The notes under the pieces: model-generated
What the model was told of the DNA's origin: nothing
Database searches by the model: none
The model's input: the letters and a program-made list of their open reading frames with translations, nothing else
Position numbers and translations under genes: made by a program
In this document: positions 34,058-42,437 of the stretch, piece by piece
Layout of the letters: each line of letters begins with the position of its first letter
Position numbering within the stretch: position 1 is the first letter of the stretch
Assembly (NCBI GenBank): GCA_017436675.1
Contig: JAFSCS010000042.1
Coordinates: forward strand, 18,604 to 82,603
Direction: 5' to 3'
DNA length: 64,000 nucleotides
Source: Clostridia bacterium
GTDB lineage: Bacteria > Bacillota > Clostridia > Oscillospirales > CAG-382

Positions 34058-36307
34058 TCAAACGCCGGCTTCTATTCTCGCGCGATTCGTCTTCTCGGCG
34101 AGTGATTGGATCTCAATGAGAGTGTAGTATTTGCCCTTGAGCGCCATCAGCTCCTCGTGTGAGCCGAATTCGATGATCTTTCCTTGATCAACGACGACGA
34201 TCTTGTTCGCCTTCTTGAGTGTCGAAAGCCTGTGCGCGATCATAAGCGTCGTCCGTCCGGATATCAATCGTTCAATAGCCTCTTGAATGAGGTTTTCCGT
34301 CTCCGAGTCAACCGATGCGGTCGCCTCGTCGAAGATGAGTATCGACGGGTTTTTGAGAAGCGCACGTGCGATCGAAAGCCGCTGCTTCTCACCGCCCGAG
34401 AGTCCAACACCGCGTTCACCGAGCATCGAATCGTAGCCGTCGGGCTGACGTGCAATAAACTCGTGCGCGTTCGATGTTTCGGCAGCGTGAATGACTTGCT
34501 CAACGTGAGCGTTCGGAACACCGTATGCAATGTTGTTGAATATAGTGTCGGAGAACATAATAGGCTCTTGTTGAACGTAACCGATGCAAGCACGGTACGA
34601 TTCAAGGTCGAGATTTTTAATGTCTGTTCCGTCAACGAGTATCTCACCGTCATAGTTGTCATAGAAGCGCATCAAAAGATTGATCAGCGTCGACTTGCCC
34701 GAGCCCGTCGTACCAACGATACCGACGATGTCACCCGGCTCGATCGTGAGATTGATGTTGTTGAGCGTCTTCTTCGTCTTGTCGAACGAGAAGTTCACGT
34801 TTTTGAATTCTATCCTACCGTCGAGATGAGTGACCTTCTTCGCATCGGGAAGGTTGACCTCAGGCTCGGCGTCAATAATGTCGAGAATACGTTCGATCGC
34901 CGCAAGCGCACCTTGGTACGAGTCCGAAAGATACGCGAAAAAGTTGACGGGCGTGTAGAACATCGACGTGTATGAAATGAACGAAACGAGAAGACCGAGA
35001 GAAAGCATCTCTTCGTTCGTTGTGATCGCCCATCTACCGCCGATCGCCCAAATAAGAAGTGAACCGCACGTTACCGCAAACCCGATAATGCACGGGAAGA
35101 CCGTAGTGATACGAGCCGAAGCAGTATCGACCTTGTACCATTCCGCATTGTGCTTTTTAAATCTGTCGACCGCCCTGTCCTCACCGGCAAACGACTTTAC
35201 GATACGAATACAAGGTATCGTGTCCGTCAAAATGCCCGAAACCGACGCCCAACGCCGCCATATCTTCTTGTAAAACGGCGCGATCTTCCTCGAAAATATC
35301 TTCGCACCGACAACAACGAGCGGCACGGGAATGAGCGAAAGCAAGGTCAACCGCCAGTCCATCGCAAACATAATAACGATAATACCGATAAGCATAAAGA
35401 ATTGAACGACCACCTCTTGCGTGATCTTCAAAATGAATGCCTGAATGGTGTTGCTGTCACCGCTGATACGGTTGATCACCGAGCCCGTCGAGGTCTTGTC
35501 ATAAAACCTCATCGGGAGATGCTGCGCCTTTTCGTAAACGTCGTTACGAAGCTCCATAACGATCCTGTCACCGGATATCCTGAGCAGATATCCGCGAAGC
35601 GCACTGATAACGTGCTGAACTAAATAACAAAGAAATAACGTTAAAACGAGTGTCGCAAGCCCCTTGAGGTCTCTGTTCGGGATGACCGTGTCAACGATAG
35701 TCTTCGTCGCATACGGCGGGAATAAAGCAACAGCCGTCGTAATAATAGAAAGAATAAGACATACGAGAAGCCGCTTCCATTGAGGAGTAACGTATTTCAT
35801 CAGCTTCGCAGCGATCTTGCTCTTTGATTGACAATGAATACATTCCGCACCCTGACGAATTAGCGTGCGCCCGCATTTCGGACAAACGAGGTTCAGCTTG
35901 TCATAAGTAGCCTCAACGATCTCGAGCTGCTCCGAAAACGGCTCACCGAGCGCGACGTTCTTGATGAAAAGCGCCGCCATATCGCAAAGCGAGGCAACGG
36001 AATATGTAAATGAAAGTATCTCGTTTTTCTTCCCATCGCGGAGAAAAACAAGCCTTGCGTTTCCGTACATCCGCTTCACGAAGCAGTCCTCAATACCGTC
36101 ATAGACGTATTCTCGAAGAGCTTCATCACTGCAAACGAAAAATCGTTTCTCACAAAAAGCGATAACAGAGTCACCGTAGGTCGCCTCGGGCGTGAGGTCG
36201 GCAACAATGGCGAAAAGCAATTTCTCGTCTTTACCCAATGCCTCCAAAAGCTTCTTTTCAATAGCTTCGGGAAGCTCCCTGTTTTTCAAAAAATTATGAG
36301 TTTCCAT
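34058..36307 (-). CDS. type I ABC exporter (fused TMD-NBD, MsbA-like) with ~170-aa N-terminal extension containing a zinc ribbon
   Basis: Walker A GTTGSGKST, signature LSGGEKQR, Walker B ILIFDEATASVD. Six TM helices. The N-terminal extension has CPKCGRTL...CIHCQS. Minus-strand promoter: TTGACA-17-TATACT at about 36357-36385. Confidence 0.9.
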   Translation of the reverse strand: METHNFLKNRELPEAIEKKLLEALGKDEKLLFAIVADLTPEATYGDSVIAFCEKRFFVCSDEALREYVYDGIEDCFVKRMYGNARLVFLRDGKKNEILSFTYSVASLCDMAALFIKNVALGEPFSEQLEIVEATYDKLNLVCPKCGRTLIRQGAECIHCQSKSKIAAKLMKYVTPQWKRLLVCLILSIITTAVALFPPYATKTIVDTVIPNRDLKGLATLVLTLFLCYLVQHVISALRGYLLRISGDRIVMELRNDVYEKAQHLPMRFYDKTSTGSVINRISGDSNTIQAFILKITQEVVVQFFMLIGIIVIMFAMDWRLTLLSLIPVPLVVVGAKIFSRKIAPFYKKIWRRWASVSGILTDTIPCIRIVKSFAGEDRAVDRFKKHNAEWYKVDTASARITTVFPCIIGFAVTCGSLLIWAIGGRWAITTNEEMLSLGLLVSFISYTSMFYTPVNFFAYLSDSYQGALAAIERILDIIDAEPEVNLPDAKKVTHLDGRIEFKNVNFSFDKTKKTLNNINLTIEPGDIVGIVGTTGSGKSTLINLLMRFYDNYDGEILVDGTDIKNLDLESYRACIGYVQQEPIMFSDTIFNNIAYGVPNAHVEQVIHAAETSNAHEFIARQPDGYDSMLGERGVGLSGGEKQRLSIARALLKNPSILIFDEATASVDSETENLIQEAIERLISGRTTLMIAHRLSTLKKANKIVVVDQGKIIEFGSHEELMALKGKYYTLIEIQSLAEKTNRARIEAGV

Positions 36308-36638
36308 AACGCTGTACGTATCGCACTAAGCGACACTTCCTATGTTAATTTTTCAAGGGTAGTATAAAATCGAAAACCGAATTTGTCAAGATGATTTCGA
36401 AAAAACGGTATCGTATTTTTCAATACCGCTATGCAAAATTTATATATCAAAACACAGTTTGCGAACATAAATCCGCCCTTTAATATCAAAAATACATATC
36501 AAACACAAAAATATCTATATACTAACGCATATGTTGGCAATACAAATATCCACCTCGCCCCTCTTATGACGCTTTTGCTCACAATGAATAATCTCTCACA
36601 TTTACCGCTTCGCGCCAAATATGAACAGCTTGTTCATA

Positions 36639-36867
36639 TTTTGTTCATAAATTGTTTACATTTGGGATCGTTAAAACCTATTGACATTTTGCGGTAGGGG
36701 GTGGTATAATGTAATCGAAGAGTAAAGGGTGCTCTTCTTAAAGGAAAAACACGCACTCGGTAAGTACGGTGCAGTAATATTTTTCGACTTATAGCCGTAC
36801 TTTCTTTTTTGAGTGACATCAAACCGCGTTTGCGGAGAAAGGGCGGTTTTTTGCTGTTTTAAAGGAA
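36639..36867 (+). promoter_or_regulatory. promoter plus structured-leader cassette, copy B
   Basis: It has the same 26-nt block as copy A. Promoter: TTGACA (36681-36686), 18-nt spacer with TGg, TATAAT (36705-36710). Stems: gaagagta/tgctcttc, and aagtacgg/ccgtactt followed by a U-run (36762-36810). An extra hairpin aaaccgc...gcggtttttt lies at 36821-36852, with a competing ccgc-gttt-gcgg. Confidence 0.7.
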
Positions 36868-39552
36868 ATGAAACTTTTACGACAAAAATCACAAGTCAAC
36901 AATTCAAATCGAATCATCGCTTTGATCTTGTTCTTTGCGATGGTCTTAAGTCTCACAGCCTCATTTTCGGCTTTCGGTATCGAGGAACAGCCCGCCTTGA
37001 TAAGTCCGCAATTCGTCGGTACTCCCGGTATTGACGATATACCCTTCTGTATCGACGAGGACGTTATAACTGACGCTGAACACACAGTCAGGTTGCGTTA
37101 TCTCGAAACCGAAGATAACGTTGCCGCATTCTCCAACCCTGACGGTAGCGCCACGATGTACTATTTTTCAAATCCTATCAAATACACCGATATTTACGGC
37201 AACACGGTCGATATCGACAATACCGTGGAAACCTTTGGTGAATTGACAGATGAATATAAGTTCAAAACAAAGTCAGCCCCTGCTACAACTTATCTCCCTG
37301 CAACCATCGGTATGGGTGAGGACGTAAAGGTTGAGCATAATGGTTTTTCGGTACAGATAATACCGATGTCAGACAGATTTGCTGCGGGTACTACTGTAGC
37401 AAGTGAATTGAAAACAGGAAAAGACTCAGCCGTGCTTTACAGCAACGTATTTGGTACGGGCAGATCACTCAAATACACAACACTATACAACGGTGTTAAA
37501 GAGGACATTATACTTAACAGCTACGTAGCGAACGCTAACAGCTTCAACTTTATCGTAAAGACGAACGGACTTGAGCTTGCGGAGATAGACGGAAGATACG
37601 TATTCAGAGACACTTTAGGCATACCGATGTTTGAATTTTCGCCGATATTCGTATATGATTCTGCGGAAGTACCCAACTCAACAGGCGGCACATACACTGT
37701 GGAAGAACTAAAACCTAACGACATATATGCATTAACTCTCACAGTTGACGAGACTTGGTTAAGCGGTGCTACTTACCCTGTTACCATTGATCCGACGGTG
37801 ACATATAATACTGACAGCGGGATAGAAGATGCATATAGCAGAGCAACTACTTACGATTTGACCGGATATGAAACCCAATTAATTATTGGCGAAATCTCCA
37901 ATTCAACACCACTTTCAAGAACATATTTGCGTTTTCCTAATTTGGTTAATACATTAGAGATGGACTCAGATATTATAGAATCAGCGAAATTACATTTAAC
38001 TATTTCGTCAAATACTATGGAAACAAGTCCAAGCACACTCTCAATACATCATATTACTTCCGGTTGGGTTGAATACCATTGGTCAGGATCTTATCCGTAT
38101 AGTTCTTATGATCAATCTACAGCCGCATCAAAAGACTATTCTATTTCGGGAACCGGTTCTAAAGAATTAAACATAACACCATTTGTTAGACGTTTTGTTG
38201 ACAACGAATATGTTGATGCTAACGGCTTGTTAATCAAGTTAAAAAATGAAAGTTTATCTAATACAACAAATGAAAGTATTGTTTTCTATTCTTCAGAGGC
38301 TACCGACACTTCAAAACGTCCGTATATTATAGTAACATTATCTTCATTTTCAATGCCCAATGGAAAACAACAAGGAATTAGAGACGATCGCTTTTATTGG
38401 GTTAGTAGCGACGATCAATTTTTAACAAAATCAGATAGCAGACCTGACATAATATATTCAGGTCAAGTAAGAGACTACACTTTATTAAAGCAACGCTTTT
38501 TATTTACGTTCGACGAAGAGAAAGGAAAATACAGAATTTCAACTGAAAATGCTCCAACTACATATTTGACTGTTAGCGGAAGCTATTTAGTGGGTTCAAG
38601 TCTATCTTCTTCTAACAATCAATTGTGGCACATTGGTTGTACTAATAATGGCTATTATTTTATTATTAGTGCCGGTGACACTTCAAAATCATTAGCGCTT
38701 AATAATTCAAGTGCTTGCCTTACAACAGGAACAATTACATCTTGGACGTTTGAAAAATGTCCGACGTTTTATGGGCAACGCGTTAACGTAATGAATGGAT
38801 TTGAGTATTGGGATTCAACAAATTTAGATAATCTTTTCTTTCCCTCATATTCAAACACAAGAAAATTTTTCACTTACACACCGAATGATGCTACAAATAT
38901 AAATGAAAGCCCTTCGGCAAATGACAATGACATAATGACAGAAGGATGTGTTATGTGTTCTATTGCCATGGTATTGGATAACTTAGGCGCTAAAAGCAGT
39001 GTATCTAAATATGATATACGTAATGGCTCAACAGGATTTATGATTCCTGATCCTTTTACATGCACTTTAGCAAATTCATTATATTTTTCAAATTCACCGT
39101 CAACTATTATCTACGATAATATTCAGGCAAGATATGAATGTTCATTTTCAACGTTGCCAGTAAAATTTGACGCAAGCGTATTTACGGGTTTTAATTGTAG
39201 TTTTACGACAGTTTCTATTTCGGGATCAAATGTTCAAAAAGCAATAGCATTAAAAAATGCACTATCTGATCATTCTGAAGGAATTCTTGTAAGGGTTGGC
39301 TATAACGCTGACAATTTAAGAGGACGACATACGATAGTAATTACAAAATATATCGGCCCTGATAATATCCCTGCGTCAATTGATGACACCACTCTACATT
39401 CTTATTTCATTGTATATGATCCTGCTAGCAGAACTCAAGCACAAGGCAGTGGCTGCCAATGGAACTTATGTAAAACATATATTGGTTCAAGTAATTCCCC
39501 AAGTCAAAATCTATCCAACGCAATATATTATCAGACTATTGTTATGAACTGA
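36868..39552 (+). CDS. secreted 894-aa multidomain protein: DNRLRE/CBM96-like beta-sandwich, possible beta-trefoil, C-terminal C39-like papain-fold cysteine peptidase
   Basis: Signal peptide RIIALILFFAMVLSLTASFSAFG. TYLRFPNL...IESAKLHLTIS fits the DNRLRE-type pattern. NQLWHIG and TSWTFEKC look like QxW-type repeats. Peptidase-like motifs are EGCVMCSIAMVLDNLG (Cys codons 38947 and 38956), GRHTIVITKY (His codon 39328) and YFIVYDPAS (Asp codon 39418). Confidence 0.7.
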   Translation: MKLLRQKSQVNNSNRIIALILFFAMVLSLTASFSAFGIEEQPALISPQFVGTPGIDDIPFCIDEDVITDAEHTVRLRYLETEDNVAAFSNPDGSATMYYFSNPIKYTDIYGNTVDIDNTVETFGELTDEYKFKTKSAPATTYLPATIGMGEDVKVEHNGFSVQIIPMSDRFAAGTTVASELKTGKDSAVLYSNVFGTGRSLKYTTLYNGVKEDIILNSYVANANSFNFIVKTNGLELAEIDGRYVFRDTLGIPMFEFSPIFVYDSAEVPNSTGGTYTVEELKPNDIYALTLTVDETWLSGATYPVTIDPTVTYNTDSGIEDAYSRATTYDLTGYETQLIIGEISNSTPLSRTYLRFPNLVNTLEMDSDIIESAKLHLTISSNTMETSPSTLSIHHITSGWVEYHWSGSYPYSSYDQSTAASKDYSISGTGSKELNITPFVRRFVDNEYVDANGLLIKLKNESLSNTTNESIVFYSSEATDTSKRPYIIVTLSSFSMPNGKQQGIRDDRFYWVSSDDQFLTKSDSRPDIIYSGQVRDYTLLKQRFLFTFDEEKGKYRISTENAPTTYLTVSGSYLVGSSLSSSNNQLWHIGCTNNGYYFIISAGDTSKSLALNNSSACLTTGTITSWTFEKCPTFYGQRVNVMNGFEYWDSTNLDNLFFPSYSNTRKFFTYTPNDATNINESPSANDNDIMTEGCVMCSIAMVLDNLGAKSSVSKYDIRNGSTGFMIPDPFTCTLANSLYFSNSPSTIIYDNIQARYECSFSTLPVKFDASVFTGFNCSFTTVSISGSNVQKAIALKNALSDHSEGILVRVGYNADNLRGRHTIVITKYIGPDNIPASIDDTTLHSYFIVYDPASRTQAQGSGCQWNLCKTYIGSSNSPSQNLSNAIYYQTIVMN

Positions 39553-39566
39553 AAGAGGGTACAATT

Positions 39567-41006
39567 ATGAAAAAAATCGCTATGATACTTATTATCTTTT
39601 TGTCCATTATATCAATTCAAAGCAGTGCATTAAGCAATGACAGTCATAATGAAAACATCCAAATTGTTGAAGATAAAGCCGTTAATAGTGTTAAGGAGAT
39701 ATTAACTAAATATAATGAATACGTTTTATTAAGTAACAGATGCACCGGGTCATTAGAGGTTGACACTTCCGTTCTTTATCCTGCGGAAAGGGGCAAATAT
39801 TCCGAGCTTGTTTTTTATTGGGATGAGCTTGTTGAAAAGTATCCCGACATAGTTAAAATGGAGAACAATTCACTTAACTATGATGAATATGACTTAAAAA
39901 ACTTAATTCCTCCTCGATACAAGGTTATTGATTCAAAATATAAAAGTATTGATGACATTCGCAATCTATTAGATAGTATTTTTACAGAAAAATTAGTTCA
40001 CCTACGTTTAGCAGCAGATATCATCAATACATCGGATGTACCATATGAAGGGACATACGATTGGACATTCTACAGCAAATTTGAAAAAACAGGAAAGTTT
40101 TATGATGTTGACGGAGAGCTTTATACTACTTGGGAGGATCAAAATTTTAAAATATTGACGCTTAGATATATAGATATTGAGAGTATCAATGTTTTAGAGG
40201 TTGAGAACGGATATGTTGTTTCTGCAAGAGGTTCGTCCGAATATCGCGACGGAAAAGTGTCTAAACCTGATTCAGATGTTAAATTTTATTTTGAGATAGT
40301 CGGTGATGAATTAAGGATCTCTGCTATTGATTTCAAACGAGATCATATAAAAGATAACGAAACTCAAATAGGCGATATTTACGATCAAATAGACGCACTT
40401 TATGAGCTTCAAAACGATGTTATATTTAATAGTTCGGACTATGATCCAAGCACGATGTATATTATGGCAACCCGAAATTCCTATTTTTCAAACCCGGATC
40501 ACCTGAAAAAGAATACTTCGGTATATAAATTTGAACACGAAAGGTTTATGAATTTAGCTGACTTATATGATTGGGCTTATGATGTTTATTCTCCACTAAA
40601 AGCAGAATTGTTTTATAGTATCTATTTTGACAGTGGCTATTATTCTCCAAGCGGACAGACTCTTAGTTCAGGGCGATTCAAAAACAACGAATATGGCCTA
40701 TTTGTTGAAGCTTTAGCAAAAATTCACCACTACGGTGAAATAATCACTTTTAACAAACATTTTGATTTTGACGACTTTGAAATGATCGAGACTGATAACA
40801 GGGTGTTTTTTTACAAAAAAGATGATAGTTTTTGGGATGTAATCTGTTTTGAAAAATCATATTCATTTGACAACAACGAAATTGAACTTCGACTCCATTC
40901 AAATGTTCAGTGTTACGAAGGCTTTGAAGAAGGATTTTTCGATATTAATGAAGCTGAAATGAAAACTTCCTCTGACTTTTATTTATACAACGAATTTTAT
41001 GAGTAG
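39567..41006 (+). CDS. secreted protein, paralog 1 of a three-member family
   Basis: SPase I-type signal MKKIAMILIIFLSIISIQSSA. Shared motifs: TKYNEYVLLSNRCTG, RYIDIESINVLEVENGYVVSARGSSEYRDGKVSKPDSDVKF, ADLYDWAYDVY. Confidence 0.8.
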   Translation: MKKIAMILIIFLSIISIQSSALSNDSHNENIQIVEDKAVNSVKEILTKYNEYVLLSNRCTGSLEVDTSVLYPAERGKYSELVFYWDELVEKYPDIVKMENNSLNYDEYDLKNLIPPRYKVIDSKYKSIDDIRNLLDSIFTEKLVHLRLAADIINTSDVPYEGTYDWTFYSKFEKTGKFYDVDGELYTTWEDQNFKILTLRYIDIESINVLEVENGYVVSARGSSEYRDGKVSKPDSDVKFYFEIVGDELRISAIDFKRDHIKDNETQIGDIYDQIDALYELQNDVIFNSSDYDPSTMYIMATRNSYFSNPDHLKKNTSVYKFEHERFMNLADLYDWAYDVYSPLKAELFYSIYFDSGYYSPSGQTLSSGRFKNNEYGLFVEALAKIHHYGEIITFNKHFDFDDFEMIETDNRVFFYKKDDSFWDVICFEKSYSFDNNEIELRLHSNVQCYEGFEEGFFDINEAEMKTSSDFYLYNEFYE

Positions 41007-41051
41007 TATTTTAACAAATACGGCTTTACACCAATAAGGAGGTATAAAAAT

Positions 41052-42407
41052 ATGAAACATTTATCATTTATTCTACTGATTGTGCTGACACTTGGAATTT
41101 TGGTTTCTTGTATGCCTAATGACACTTCTTCGGGTGGAGAATTATCCGAAGGCGTATCAACCGATATTTCCGTTGACGAATCAACTACTGTTGAGGTTAC
41201 GGACGAGGCAGTTATCGCCGAGATAAAGGCGCTTTTGGAGAAGTATAACGAATACGTACTTATCGTGAATATGTGCGAGGGGGCAATTGACGCAGACAAA
41301 GATGCAAAGCTCGACGAATATTCATTTAGTATTTTTGATTGGTTTGAGTTTAATGTGGAAGAAGAGATCTACGGACCTACGCCAAGTACTGATGCGGGTG
41401 ACGACTGTGTCAAGATTACCGACGCACGTTTTGATGACCAAAACGATTTCAAGGATATGCTTTATGAAATATACACTAAAGAAAACGCTGAGATGTTCTA
41501 TGCTTCGGAATTTGCATATTCATATCCGTATGGCGATTTTGGTGCTTTTTACAGAGGTTTTTCCAACTTTCCGCTTTTTGTCACTATTAATGAAGAGTTA
41601 TATTCGACACAAGAATTTAAAGACTATGCTGTTTTGACAAAAAGATATATTGATCTTTCTACTGTATTGATTTCTGAAAGTCAGCGAGGATATATTGTTA
41701 CAGCAAGAGGTTCTTCGATATTCAAAGATGGTACTGTTCAAGCGGCTGATTCCGATGTGAAGATACTGATAGTCAATGAAAATGAAAGCTTTAAAATTGA
41801 ATACATGGAAGCAATCAGCGATCACAATAAGGTACTTCAATCTTTAGGCAAAACCGACGAAGAAAAGCAACAAGCTATTATTGACGATATAGATTCAATG
41901 CTGAAACTGATCAACACAAGTGTTGAGGCAGATGTTAGCTTCGATGATATACCTCAGGGGATGCCGTTATATGGATATGAAAAATATTACAAGGCAGAAA
42001 CTGATAAACTCAAGAATATGGCGGACCTGTATGACTGGGCATATAGAATCTTTTTAGGCGAAAAAGCCAATGAGGAAAACATCAACGTATCGCACCCTGA
42101 ATATATTTTTCATCAGCGTATATTCCACGGAAACTATGATTCTTCCGGTATTTTCGGGCATCCTGCATTTTACAACGATGAATCGGGATTATATTCCATT
42201 AACAAAAAAGAGATTATAGAAGAATTACATAATCTCAAATTTACACCCATAGAAACAGGCTATATTGGAAATAATGATCATTCTGATTTTTACTTTTTTG
42301 ATAAGGTAGATATGTTCGGTGACGGTGAATACACCTTTAAGATAAGCGGTGTAAAAACAAAGTACGACCTCACCGACGAGGAAAAGGCACTTTTGGGGAT
42401 CAATTAA
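41052..42407 (+). CDS. lipoprotein, paralog 2
   Basis: Lipobox LGILVSC and an S/D/E linker. Shared motifs: EKYNEYVLIVNMCEG, RYIDLSTVLISESQRGYIVTARGSSIFKDGTVQAADSDVKI, ADLYDWAYRIF. The C-terminus is LTDEEKALLGIN. Confidence 0.82.
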   Translation: MKHLSFILLIVLTLGILVSCMPNDTSSGGELSEGVSTDISVDESTTVEVTDEAVIAEIKALLEKYNEYVLIVNMCEGAIDADKDAKLDEYSFSIFDWFEFNVEEEIYGPTPSTDAGDDCVKITDARFDDQNDFKDMLYEIYTKENAEMFYASEFAYSYPYGDFGAFYRGFSNFPLFVTINEELYSTQEFKDYAVLTKRYIDLSTVLISESQRGYIVTARGSSIFKDGTVQAADSDVKILIVNENESFKIEYMEAISDHNKVLQSLGKTDEEKQQAIIDDIDSMLKLINTSVEADVSFDDIPQGMPLYGYEKYYKAETDKLKNMADLYDWAYRIFLGEKANEENINVSHPEYIFHQRIFHGNYDSSGIFGHPAFYNDESGLYSINKKEIIEELHNLKFTPIETGYIGNNDHSDFYFFDKVDMFGDGEYTFKISGVKTKYDLTDEEKALLGIN

Positions 42408-42437
42408 AGATAATTGAACTAAAAAGGAGGTACGAAA

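Noticed and set aside
36621-36637. Palindrome ATGAACAGCTTGTTCAT as a LexA (Cheo-box) SOS operator.
   Set aside because: The GAAC and GTTC half-sites are separated by 5 nt rather than the canonical 4. The downstream genes are secreted proteins, not SOS functions. I kept it only as part of the TTGTTCATA motif observation.
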